From: Chloracidobacterium sp.
GTDB taxonomy: Bacteria > Acidobacteriota > Blastocatellia > Pyrinomonadales > Pyrinomonadaceae
Reading direction: 5' to 3'
Length of the DNA stretch: 64,000 bases
NCBI GenBank assembly: GCA_031402865.1
Contig: JANNST010000052.1
Span: 4,089 to 68,088, forward strand
In this document: positions 9,426 through 19,502 of the stretch, one piece after another
How positions within the stretch are numbered: position 1 is the stretch's first letter
Layout of the letters: every line of letters begins with the position of its first letter
Notes under the pieces: generated by a model
Databases searched by the model: none
What the model was told of the DNA's origin: nothing
What the model saw: the letters and a program-made list of their open reading frames with translations, nothing else
Translations under genes and position numbers: made by a program

Positions 9426-9959
9426 ATGGCTGTGTTTCAGACGATTCGAAATTTGCTGCTACCTTTCGCTGAGCCTGAGGAAGATATTGTTGTGCCTGCA
9501 CCGCCGACAACCTACGTTGTTCACCCTCTCTTAGACAAAAACTTAGATGAGGTTCTTCGTCTGAATATGAGGTGCTTTAAGAATGGCGAAAACTACACTA
9601 AACACACTTTTGCATATTTGTTGAATGAACCGAATGCTCTCAGCTACAAGATAATTACAGCCGAAAATCAGATGGCCGGATTCGTTTGTGTTCTTGTCGG
9701 AGAGGACGGAGCCGCTCACATAACGACGATTGGGGTTGCGCCCGAGCATCGGCGGCGGGGACTTGCCGAGCAATTGCTGGCTCACCTCGAACAGTCGCTA
9801 AAGGCAAAGAAGATCGGGGCAATTGTGCTTGAGGTGAGGGTCGGAAACACCACCGCCCAAAACCTGTATAAGCGATGCGGTTTTTCGGTCACCCAGCAAA
9901 TCTCGCGATACTACAACAACGGCGAGGATGGATTCCTGATGATGAAATCACTCATCTGA
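9426..9959 (+). CDS. rimI: GNAT family N-acetyltransferase (RimI-like)
   Basis: Acetyl-CoA motif A is IGVAPEHRRRGLAEQLL, followed by LEVRVGNTTAQNLYKRCGF. The symbol is tentative. Confidence 0.65.
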   Translation: MAVFQTIRNLLLPFAEPEEDIVVPAPPTTYVVHPLLDKNLDEVLRLNMRCFKNGENYTKHTFAYLLNEPNALSYKIITAENQMAGFVCVLVGEDGAAHITTIGVAPEHRRRGLAEQLLAHLEQSLKAKKIGAIVLEVRVGNTTAQNLYKRCGFSVTQQISRYYNNGEDGFLMMKSLI

Positions 9960-9986
9960 GCGGTCGTTATCTACTTCATAAGACGC

Positions 9987-10607
9987 GTGAGATTTGAACT
10001 CCCGAAAATATATCCCATCACCGACGCACGCATCTCCGGGATCTCGATTCCAGAGCAAGTCAGGCGGCTGATTGCGGGCGGCTCAACATTCATCCAACTG
10101 CGGGACAAGCACGCGTCATCCCGAGCCTTTTTTGCGTCGGCCGCCGAGGCGATCTCGATTGCCCGGCCTCACGGGGTTCGAATAATCATCAACGATCGAG
10201 TAGACATCGCCCTCGCACTGAACGCGGATGGCGTTCACCTTGGTCAAGACGACCTGCCATGTATCCACGCACGTCGTGTTTTGGGCGACGAAGCGATTAT
10301 CGGACTCTCAACCCACTCCCCGGAACAAGCAATTGCGGCACTAACTTTGCCCATAGACTACATTGCTATCGGCCCGATATTTTCGACAAAAACCAAGGAC
10401 GATTCGGACCCGCCGGTCGGGCTAAACGGCCTGACTCAAATACGACGCATTATTGCTGATTTCCCACTCGTAGCGATCGGCGGAATCACGTGTGCCAACA
10501 TGCAGGACGTAATCGAAGCGGGTGCGGATTCGGCGGCGATAATAAGCGATCTGGTTTCCGATGCCGATCAAATTAGCCTAAAGCTGCGAACGACGTTGAC
10601 GCAATGA
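9987..10607 (+). CDS. thiE: thiamine-phosphate synthase
   Basis: GTG start. ThiE-like motifs: IQLRDK, INDRVDIALA..ADGVHLGQDDL, IAIGPIFST.TK, VAIGGI. Confidence 0.85.
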   Translation: MRFELPKIYPITDARISGISIPEQVRRLIAGGSTFIQLRDKHASSRAFFASAAEAISIARPHGVRIIINDRVDIALALNADGVHLGQDDLPCIHARRVLGDEAIIGLSTHSPEQAIAALTLPIDYIAIGPIFSTKTKDDSDPPVGLNGLTQIRRIIADFPLVAIGGITCANMQDVIEAGADSAAIISDLVSDADQISLKLRTTLTQ

Positions 10608-10650
10608 TCCGACACAAAGCTCAACAAGATTAAGCATTGTTAAAAAATGC

Positions 10651-10680
10651 TTGCATTACCGTTAGCCGATGGTTCATAAT
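10651..10680 (+). promoter_or_regulatory. candidate sigma-70 promoter upstream of pilT (TTGCAT-18-CATAAT)
   Basis: Hexamers read directly from the sequence. About 90 nt upstream of the pilT ATG. Confidence 0.3.
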
Positions 10681-10772
10681 ACCGGTAGCGAAACGGCTGG
10701 ACTTCAGCTGCTTTCAACAGCTCAAATCCTTTCCCGCCCTTCTTTCTAAATTTTCAGGAGTTTCACCACCCA

Positions 10773-11978
10773 ATGAGTTTGCTTGATGTAGCACCCATTA
10801 TTGAGCAGATGCTGCTCACGTCCGACAATGTAAGTGACCTCAACTTTTCTTGCGGGCAAAAACCACAGGTCGAGATCAACGGCACGCTTTATTCGGCCAC
10901 TCCCCTCGGACTGGGCCGGTTAACTTCGTTCCAAACGGAAATGATCGCGATGTCGATACTTCGGGATAATCCGGAAGCGGCGGCACAGTTAGCTAAATAT
11001 CGCACATCCGACCTGAGTTATGCGTTGCCCGGCAAATGCAGGTTTCGTGTCAATATCTTTCAACAACGAAATTCGTTCTCGATCGTCATGCGTGTTATTC
11101 CGCATGAGGTTCCAAGCTTTGAATCATTGGGCGTTCCGCCGCAGCTTGCCGACATTTGCGAGATTAGAAACGGCGTTGTATTGCTTACCGGGCCGACCGG
11201 TTCGGGTAAGAGTTCGACACTGGCGGCCATTATAGACCGGATCAACGAAACGAAAAGCTATCACATTGTAACGATCGAGGACCCGATCGAATTCCTGCAC
11301 AACCATAAGAAAAGCACCATAAACCAGCGCGAGGTCGGTGCCGATACAAAAGATTTTGCTTCTGCTCTCAGGGCTGCCCTTCGACAGGCTCCTAAAGTCA
11401 TCTTAGTAGGCGAGATGCGTGATCTGGAGACCGCTGAGATCGCGTTGGAAGCCGCAGAAACAGGCCACCTCGTTTTGTCGACGCTGCACACGATCGACGC
11501 GTCGAAAACCATCGATCGCATCATCGGCCTTTATCCGAAGAACGAAGAGCGAATAATCCGCACCCGGCTTGCACAGACATTTCGCTACATAGTTTCACAA
11601 CGGCTTATTCCGAAGGCCGACGGGACCGGGCGCGTTGCCGCCGTGGAGATCCTGCGGTCGAATCCGCGAACGCGCGAGTATATCGAGAAGGGTGAAAGCG
11701 AGGGCAAGACGCTGCTTGACGCGATCCGCGATGGCGAGATTGACGGAATGCAGGACTTTGACGGGGTGATCCGCAAAATGATCGAGTCAAAACAAATTTC
11801 GCTGGAAGATGGCCTTTCCTATGCCACCAACCAAAACAATTTGCTGCTCCAGCTTAAGGGTCTTTCTTCGACCGAGGACTATGCCACGCCGCAGAAGACT
11901 CCTCGAATGCCAGTGCCTATGACGCCGCCGCCGCCGGTACCAGCGACCACGACCTCAGTCCTGGATATGATGGAGTAA
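10773..11978 (+). CDS. pilT: type IV pilus retraction (twitching motility) ATPase
   Basis: Walker A GPTGSGKSS, Asp/His boxes, Walker B ILVGEMRD and TGHLVLSTLHT, typical of the PilT/PilU family. It has a Pro-rich C-terminal tail. Confidence 0.9.
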   Translation: MSLLDVAPIIEQMLLTSDNVSDLNFSCGQKPQVEINGTLYSATPLGLGRLTSFQTEMIAMSILRDNPEAAAQLAKYRTSDLSYALPGKCRFRVNIFQQRNSFSIVMRVIPHEVPSFESLGVPPQLADICEIRNGVVLLTGPTGSGKSSTLAAIIDRINETKSYHIVTIEDPIEFLHNHKKSTINQREVGADTKDFASALRAALRQAPKVILVGEMRDLETAEIALEAAETGHLVLSTLHTIDASKTIDRIIGLYPKNEERIIRTRLAQTFRYIVSQRLIPKADGTGRVAAVEILRSNPRTREYIEKGESEGKTLLDAIRDGEIDGMQDFDGVIRKMIESKQISLEDGLSYATNQNNLLLQLKGLSSTEDYATPQKTPRMPVPMTPPPPVPATTTSVLDMME

Positions 11979-11984
11979 GACAAA

Positions 11985-12029
11985 GCTGACTATTGCTACT
12001 GACTACTGACTTCTGACCTCTGACTACCG
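11985..12029. repeat. tandem CTGACT(A/T)-type units
   Basis: gctgactattgctactgactactgacttctgacctctgactacc lies between pilT and the next gene. It is the complement of the GAGTC/AGTCAG units seen at 2272-2371. Confidence 0.7.
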
Positions 12030-12032
12030 ATT

Positions 12033-12764
12033 ATGATTATACGCTGTGATAATTGCTCTGTTTCCTTACAGTTAGACGAATCGAAGATCCCCAGTGGAAA
12101 CTTCACGGTGCGCTGTCCGCGGTGCCAGAATATGCTTCGCGCAAATAAGGAGCACTCGGGTCGCGGTTCGGCAACTGCGCATCAGCTTGAGGAGAATAAG
12201 CCGGCACCCGCGGCCGACTCGGATTCGGGCGCGTTTACAGAGAAGGAGTCGGAATTTCAGATCAACAACGCCCTCAGGTCACTGCTTTCGGCACTGCAAT
12301 CCGGCACGACGGCACTTGATGCGAACGATGAGAAAGGCGAAAAACCGCGTAGAGTTCTGCTATGTCTCGGCGATAGAAAGGACGAGGTAGCAAAGCTCCT
12401 TACCGGCAGCGGTTACAAGGTTTACCTTGCCCAAACGCCGGCACAGGCTAACGAACGCCTGCGCGAAGGAAAAACCGAGCTGGTTATTTTTTCGCCGGAT
12501 TTTGCGGCCGAGTTTGGCGGTGCCGCAATCTTGCAGCAAAAGGCCAATGCGATGTACACGTCGGAAAGACGTCGACTTTTCCTGGTCTCGCTGGAAGATG
12601 GCGGAACAACTATGAACGCCCACGACGCATTCCTGCGAAACTTGAATCTGATCGTAAATACCAACGATATTCCGCAGCTTCCGCTTATTCTTAATCGTGC
12701 GGTTCTTGATTTTAACGATCTTTATCACTATCTGAACAAAGGCTTGGGCGTCGAACCGATCTAG
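12033..12764 (+). CDS. zinc-ribbon (MJ0042-type) protein with a C-terminal receiver-like domain
   Basis: N-terminus MIIRCDNCSVSLQLDE...VRCPRCQNML (CxxC...CxxC). The C-terminal half has a beta-alpha pattern resembling a response-regulator receiver (RVLLCLGD, ELVIFSPDF), but canonical residues are not all evident. Confidence 0.6.
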   Translation: MIIRCDNCSVSLQLDESKIPSGNFTVRCPRCQNMLRANKEHSGRGSATAHQLEENKPAPAADSDSGAFTEKESEFQINNALRSLLSALQSGTTALDANDEKGEKPRRVLLCLGDRKDEVAKLLTGSGYKVYLAQTPAQANERLREGKTELVIFSPDFAAEFGGAAILQQKANAMYTSERRRLFLVSLEDGGTTMNAHDAFLRNLNLIVNTNDIPQLPLILNRAVLDFNDLYHYLNKGLGVEPI

Positions 12765-12809
12765 CCCAAACATTTCAAAATATGGCAGGCCGATCGCTTG
12801 CCGCAAACT

Positions 12810-12890
12810 TTGTAGGGGCAGGGCCGTCCCCGCCGATCTGCCTTTCCCAGGTACTAGATCAACGGGCAGCCAAGTATGCTGCCCCTACAA
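12810..12890. repeat. palindromic element with TTGTAGGGGCAG termini
   Basis: ttgtaggggcag (12810-12821) and its exact reverse complement ctgcccctacaa (12879-12890) lie between convergent genes. Confidence 0.75.
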
Positions 12891-12911
12891 TCTCAAATCC
12901 ATCACCCGCTA

Positions 12912-13973
12912 TTACTTGCCAGGCCCGCCCATCAAAGTAAGTTCGCAGACGAGCATTTCGAGCTGTAGTCGTGAACCAACCGGGCCGCTGCCGCCGACTG
13001 AGGTTTTGATGGCGAGGTCGGTTTTTGCGATGCGGTTGATGGCAGCGATGAGTTTAGCCGTTTCGACGCGTCGGGCGAGCGAGAGGAATGCGTCCTGGCC
13101 TGAGCCGTAAGCTTTGGAAACTGAAATCACGTCGCTGCGGGAAGAGCCATTGGTGAACATCTCCTTTGCGATCAGCAAGCGGCGATAATTTGACGCGATG
13201 AGTCCGAGCAATGCGAGCGGTTCGGCTCCGTCGTCAAGGACTTTTTGCAGAACGCGGATCGCTTCGGCGTTTCGCCCGGCGACGAGATTGTCGGTCAAGC
13301 CGAAATTCGAGATCTCGCGCGAATTCGGCACCAGCGAATCTATAAGCTCTTTGGTAATTAGTTTTCCGGGTAGGGCGGCGGCCGAAAGTTTTTCGATCTC
13401 GTTGGTCAATCGCCGAACGTCGTCGCCGGTCATATTGAGCAAATAGCGGACAGTTTGGTCGTCCGCCTCCGAACCGGCGTCGCGAATGTGACCACGCGCC
13501 CAATCGAAGAGATCCGCGTTCTCCAATCTTTTGAACTCGACGGCGACGGAGTTGGCTGTCAGCAATTTAGTAAGCCTGCGGGTGCCGTTCAGCTCGTCGG
13601 CGACGAAAATTACAACCGTGCTCGGCGAAGGATTTTTCAGATAGTCGGCAACGATCTGCTCAGCATCTTCCTTTAGCGTGTCCTTCATCGCCGAGGTCGA
13701 AACGCGGACATCGGTTATGCGGACGACCCGCCTAGCGGCCATCATCGGAAGCTGCTCGGCGGCGGAAAGGGCTGATTTTATGTTGTCCGAAACATCAAGG
13801 CTGAACTCCGTCTCATTAAAATCGCGCATCTCGCCATCGGTAAAACACAGGTCGGCGATGTATTTGGCTGCCTTGTCGCGAAGATAGGTTTCCGCTCCGA
13901 AGAGCACATAAACCGGTGCTATTTTGCGTCTTTGGAGTTGTTCGCGTAAACCTTGCCGGGTTAGAGTCGCCAT
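12912..13973 (-). CDS. holA: DNA polymerase III subunit delta
   Basis: About 353 aa. The N-terminus has IAPVYVLFGAETYLRD and the C-terminal helical domain is HolA-like. Adjacency to an lptE-like gene matches the classical lptE-holA arrangement. The start could instead be 14000. Confidence 0.8.
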   Translation of the reverse strand: MATLTRQGLREQLQRRKIAPVYVLFGAETYLRDKAAKYIADLCFTDGEMRDFNETEFSLDVSDNIKSALSAAEQLPMMAARRVVRITDVRVSTSAMKDTLKEDAEQIVADYLKNPSPSTVVIFVADELNGTRRLTKLLTANSVAVEFKRLENADLFDWARGHIRDAGSEADDQTVRYLLNMTGDDVRRLTNEIEKLSAAALPGKLITKELIDSLVPNSREISNFGLTDNLVAGRNAEAIRVLQKVLDDGAEPLALLGLIASNYRRLLIAKEMFTNGSSRSDVISVSKAYGSGQDAFLSLARRVETAKLIAAINRIAKTDLAIKTSVGGSGPVGSRLQLEMLVCELTLMGGPGK

Positions 13974-14053
13974 AAGAAAGTTGGCCGCAAGAAGGCACAA
14001 AAGGTTCGAAAAAAGAAGAAAAAGTTTGTTCGGATTATTAAATTCACTTGTCT

Positions 14054-14476
14054 TTATTTATCAGTACTGCTCAGTGCAAACTTTTTGATCTCGAACCTTT
14101 GGCTTCCGAAGTTTATCAGAAGGCCGTGTTCAATTCGCGACGACCGCAGATAGCCTAGAAGCTGTGCCGTATGTTCACTGATCAGCGTATTACACGCTTT
14201 CACCTCGATAATAAGACAATTCTCAACGAACAGATCGGCGTAGTAATCTCCGAGAACCGTGCCATCCTCGTCTAAAACCTTTAATGGATATTGCTGCTCA
14301 ACACGTACTCCAAGCTTACGCAACCGGTGTGTAAGAGCGTTTTCGTAAACCTTCTCCAAGTGTCCGTAACGGTGGAATTTGTGAATCGCGAACCCCGTTT
14401 CCCGGATAATATCGCACACTTTGAAGATCTGGTCCTTTTCCCCGCCGTCATCCGAAAATAAGCCTTCTAAACTCAT
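14054..14476 (-). CDS. GxxExxY family protein (PD-(D/E)XK-like)
   Basis: Contains the family signature GHLEKVYENAL (G-x-x-E-x-x-Y) and the C-terminal GLLINFG motif. Confidence 0.85.
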   Translation of the reverse strand: MSLEGLFSDDGGEKDQIFKVCDIIRETGFAIHKFHRYGHLEKVYENALTHRLRKLGVRVEQQYPLKVLDEDGTVLGDYYADLFVENCLIIEVKACNTLISEHTAQLLGYLRSSRIEHGLLINFGSQRFEIKKFALSSTDK

Positions 14477-14490
14477 TCAAATCTTCCCGA

Positions 14491-14520
14491 CTTTTTGTGC
14501 TTTTTGTGCCTCTTTGCGGC
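14491..14520. repeat. half-copy of the TTTGTGC/TTTGCGGC repeat family
   Basis: ctttttgtgctttttgtgcctctttgcggc is the same unit as at 19471-19502 and 40857-40884. Confidence 0.7.
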
Positions 14521-14522
14521 CC

Positions 14523-15074
14523 TCACTTCTTCTCTTCCTTCACGCCCAATCCGTTGACGACGGTTGAGACTACGGATTCGGCGAAAGTACGTGCAATGCG
14601 TTCGACGGCAGGGTCTTCTTCGTTAAAGAACGAGCGCGGATCGGACGAGAATTCAAATGAATCGCGGAAGATAAAATTCTGATTGTCGTAAAGTATCTTG
14701 TTTTCTTTTAGATCGCGGATGGTCACGGCCGAGACAATGGTCACTTCATAAACGCGGGCCCGACCGTCGCGGTCGAGCAGCACCCCTGTGAAGCTGAAAT
14801 CGCGGACCGTTCCTTCAATAACGGCATCGGCACCGGTCGGCGTTCCCTGGACCTTCAGCCCGTTACCGCGCCGAATGATCTCCTTCGACACAGCCTCAGT
14901 AAACCGCGAGCTAACGCGATATCGAAGCGCCCGTGCTTCAAACTGAAACGCCGGCACGGCAACTATCTTGATGTGCCTCGGCAGGCCCGAATTAGTCACG
15001 GGTTTATAGCATTCGGTAAAGCCCGATACGAAAAGGAGAGTTGCGATAATTGGTAAAACTCTGAGGTATTTCAT
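14523..15074 (-). CDS. lptE: LptE-like outer-membrane lipoprotein
   Basis: Start moved to MKYLRVLPIIATLLFVSGFTEC (lipoprotein-like signal). Size and position upstream of holA fit LptE. Sequence-level support is weak. Confidence 0.45.
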   Translation of the reverse strand: MKYLRVLPIIATLLFVSGFTECYKPVTNSGLPRHIKIVAVPAFQFEARALRYRVSSRFTEAVSKEIIRRGNGLKVQGTPTGADAVIEGTVRDFSFTGVLLDRDGRARVYEVTIVSAVTIRDLKENKILYDNQNFIFRDSFEFSSDPRSFFNEEDPAVERIARTFAESVVSTVVNGLGVKEEKK

Positions 15075-15125
15075 TTTATCTGCCCAACGTATTATCCTTC
15101 GTCCGGTCAACCGTCGATCCGCTTT

Positions 15126-15974
15126 CTACACCTTCTGACCCATAATTCCTTTCGTCACTTTGATCACTTCGACCGTTTCTTTGACATCATGAACCCGAAC
15201 GACCTTTGCACCGTTCCAGACGGCGATGGCGACGCTGGCTAGCGATCCGCTGAGACGTTCAATCGCCGGTGCTCCGTCGAGGATCTTGCCGATGAACGAT
15301 TTTCGCGATGTGCCGACGAGGATCGGATACTGGTCGAATTCAATAACAAGCTTATCAAGTTTTGCGATCAGCTCTAAATTCTGGTCGAGAGTTTTGCCAA
15401 AGCCGATGCCTATATCCAATACGATGCATTCGGACGGGACACCGGATGCTCCGGCCGCTGTGATCGCACGGCGGAAATCGGACGCTACGTCGGACATAAT
15501 GTCGTCGACCGGCGGTTGCGAATGCATCGTTTCGAACTCGCCCCGTGAGTGCATTAGAACGAGACCGGCCTTGTGATTTGCCGCTATCACTGCAATATGG
15601 CGATCAAACCGGAGGCCGGATATGTCGTTAATGATCTCGGCGCCGGCTTCAACGGCCGCTTTCGCGACTTCGGACTTTGTTGTGTCGATAGAAAGAGGTG
15701 TATCAAAACGGCTGGTAATTGCTTCGATCACGGATACGACCCGGGCGATCTCCTCTTCAACGGAAACACGTTGGCTGCCGGGCCGCGTCGATTCGCCGCC
15801 GATGTCGAGGATATCGGCACCTTCTGCGATCAATTTTTCAGCCTGTTTTAAGGCCGAATCAAGATCAGCAAATTTCCCGCCGTCGGAGAAGCTGTCGGGC
15901 GTTACGTTCAGGATCGCCATGACGATCGGTATTTTAAGCGGTAATTTGCGTTTGGATGTTTGCAAGTAGCTCAT
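15126..15974 (-). CDS. folP: dihydropteroate synthase
   Basis: Motifs ILNVTPDSFSDGG, DIGGESTRPG, INDISG, DIGIGFGK and GTSRKSF. Classical ftsH-folP linkage. Confidence 0.93.
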   Translation of the reverse strand: MSYLQTSKRKLPLKIPIVMAILNVTPDSFSDGGKFADLDSALKQAEKLIAEGADILDIGGESTRPGSQRVSVEEEIARVVSVIEAITSRFDTPLSIDTTKSEVAKAAVEAGAEIINDISGLRFDRHIAVIAANHKAGLVLMHSRGEFETMHSQPPVDDIMSDVASDFRRAITAAGASGVPSECIVLDIGIGFGKTLDQNLELIAKLDKLVIEFDQYPILVGTSRKSFIGKILDGAPAIERLSGSLASVAIAVWNGAKVVRVHDVKETVEVIKVTKGIMGQKV

Positions 15975-15980
15975 TGTTTA

Positions 15981-16119
15981 AGAAGCGGGGGCAAGCCGCC
16001 CTTCCGAACCTGAAATCTGTGCAAGGTCGATTGATATATTTTACCTTGAAATCAACTTAAATATCTCGAAGTAAGTCTGGATAATTACAGGTTGGGAAGG
16101 GCGGCTTTGCCCCCGCTCT
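15981..16119. repeat. long-loop inverted repeat (AGAAGCGGGGGCAAGCCGCCCTTCC arms, about 90-nt loop)
   Basis: Arms 15981-16005 and 16096-16119 are reverse complements with 2 mismatches. The arm start AGAAGCGGG resembles the perfect palindrome at 42024-42086. Confidence 0.75.
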
Positions 16120-16124
16120 TTCGC

Positions 16125-16157
16125 AAAAAAAGGGATGAAAGCTCTGGCCTTCATCCC
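16125..16157 (-). terminator. rho-independent terminator of ftsH
   Basis: On the minus strand: GGGATGAA-loop(10)-TTCATCCC followed by 7 U, 26 nt after the ftsH stop. Confidence 0.75.
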
Positions 16158-16182
16158 TCATCATTCATCTCTCGTTCGCCGG

Positions 16183-18153
<1,971 letters not shown>

Positions 18154-18266
18154 AAAGCAAAAGTTTTACCATTGCCATTTGATGAGAATTTCGAACTTCT
18201 CGTTGTTCTCAAAGCGGTGGCCGACCGCGTACCGAACGCCAACGTATAATTGTAGTTCGCGCCCTT

Positions 18267-19388
18267 TCATTTATCAACCATTATATTACCAAAGGCTAAA
18301 CGGCCGCCGTGCTTGCGAACAAACCCTCCACCCGGCAGTTCGACCAACCGGCCGCTTTTCGGGCTTAGAATCAAACGCTCGATCGATTCGATATGTTTTA
18401 GGCTGATAGAGCGGAGATCGCCGCGGTTTGTGCGTAACCAGGATCGGAGCGTCCGGTACAGCTGGGGTTCTGCGAGTAATTTCAGGTCTTTTATCATCAG
18501 ATCTTTTTGGCTGCCATCCGAGATTCCGCTTTCCGCCTTTCGCGTTACGTCTTCGAGGAGACCGGTCGCCACTGCTCCCGGTTCTGACTGGCGCATCAGA
18601 TCGGCTGTTCGAGCAAGCGTTTCTATTATCTTGGGGTTGAGGTCCGTCAGTACCGGTAACAGTATCTTGCGGACGCGGACACGTTTGAATGACAAATCCT
18701 CATTCATGGTGTCGTAACGGTATTCGACGCCGCATTCACGGCAGAAATTCTCCGTGTCCTTACGTCGCGCCCAGGTGAGGAGCGGGCGGATCAGTAGTTG
18801 AGGAGTGGAGGAGAAGGGGAGAAAGGGAGACGGGGAGATGGGGAGACGCGGAGACACGGAGTCATTGTCTTGTCTGATCTCCGCGTTCCCGTGTCTCCGC
18901 GTCTCCGTGTCACGCATTTCTCGCACCGGCCACATTCCGCTCAGCCCGTCGATGCCGCTGCCGCGAATTAGGTTAAGCAAGAAGGTTTCCGCCTGGTCAT
19001 TCATTGTATGAGCGGTCACAACGCCGTATGCTTTTAGGTTTTCGGCCGTGCGGGTAAGGAAATCGTACCTTGCATCACGGGCGTTCTGTTCGAGATTTCC
19101 TTCAGCCGGGATCGGGCCATGTCCGATCGCGAGTTCGAAGCCCCTTTCGGCCGTCAGATGCTTTATAAACTCCTCGTCGGCATCGCTCTCGTGTCCGCGA
19201 AGCTTGTGATTAAAGTGGGCGGCGACCAGCCGGAGTTTTAATTTATCGCGTTTGCGCAGATCGTCGAGAGCGAGCAAAAGGCTTGAGGAATCGGCACCGC
19301 CGGAGACCGCGACGATCAGTGTTTCGTCGGTAAACGGAAGCCCGAGCTTTCGCCACTCGGTGATCAGATCTCGGACAAACTTGTGCAT
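18267..19388 (-). CDS. tilS: tRNA(Ile)-lysidine synthetase, carrying in-frame repeat insertions
   Basis: PP-loop VAVSGGADSS, NHKLRG, HTMNDQAETFLLNLIRGSG, LIRPLL. The ORF stays intact across the repeats at 18555-18590 and 18798-18915. Confidence 0.9.
   Translation of the reverse strand: MHKFVRDLITEWRKLGLPFTDETLIVAVSGGADSSSLLLALDDLRKRDKLKLRLVAAHFNHKLRGHESDADEEFIKHLTAERGFELAIGHGPIPAEGNLEQNARDARYDFLTRTAENLKAYGVVTAHTMNDQAETFLLNLIRGSGIDGLSGMWPVREMRDTETRRHGNAEIRQDNDSVSPRLPISPSPFLPFSSTPQLLIRPLLTWARRKDTENFCRECGVEYRYDTMNEDLSFKRVRVRKILLPVLTDLNPKIIETLARTADLMRQSEPGAVATGLLEDVTRKAESGISDGSQKDLMIKDLKLLAEPQLYRTLRSWLRTNRGDLRSISLKHIESIERLILSPKSGRLVELPGGGFVRKHGGRLAFGNIMVDK
18555..18590. repeat. copy of the CCGGTCGC(C/T)ACTGCTCCCGGTTCTGACTG element inside tilS
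   Basis: 29 nt match 56598-56626 with one mismatch (my count). Translated in tilS as QSEPGAVATG. Confidence 0.8.
18798..18915. repeat. palindromic GGAGAC(G/A)C-octamer element inserted in frame in tilS
   Basis: Arms 18842-18861 and 18879-18911 include a 17-nt exact reverse complement (cgtgtctccgcgtctcc). The flanking GAGGAGTGGAGGAG also occurs at 63031-63044. Translated as MRDTETRRHGNAEIRQDNDSVSPRLPISPSPFLPFSSTPQ. Confidence 0.8.
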
Positions 19389-19420
19389 TTAAGAGATTAT
19401 AGCCGCAAGCCTGAATTAAT

Positions 19421-19502
19421 AGCCGCAAAAAGGCTCAAAAATCCCAAAAAAGATATTGAGTATATTTCTTACTTTTTGCGCTTTCTGTGCCTTTTTGCGG
19501 CT
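19421..19502. repeat. hairpin of the AGCCGCAAAAAGGC.CA.AAA family
   Basis: The left arm agccgcaaaaaggctcaaaaatcccaaaaaag pairs with the right arm actttttgcgctttctgtgcctttttgcggct. The last 2 nt overlap the argH stop codon. Confidence 0.8.

Noticed and set aside
9960-9986. Possible TPP riboswitch upstream of thiE
   Set aside because: The gap to the preceding gene is only 27 nt, far too short for a THI element.
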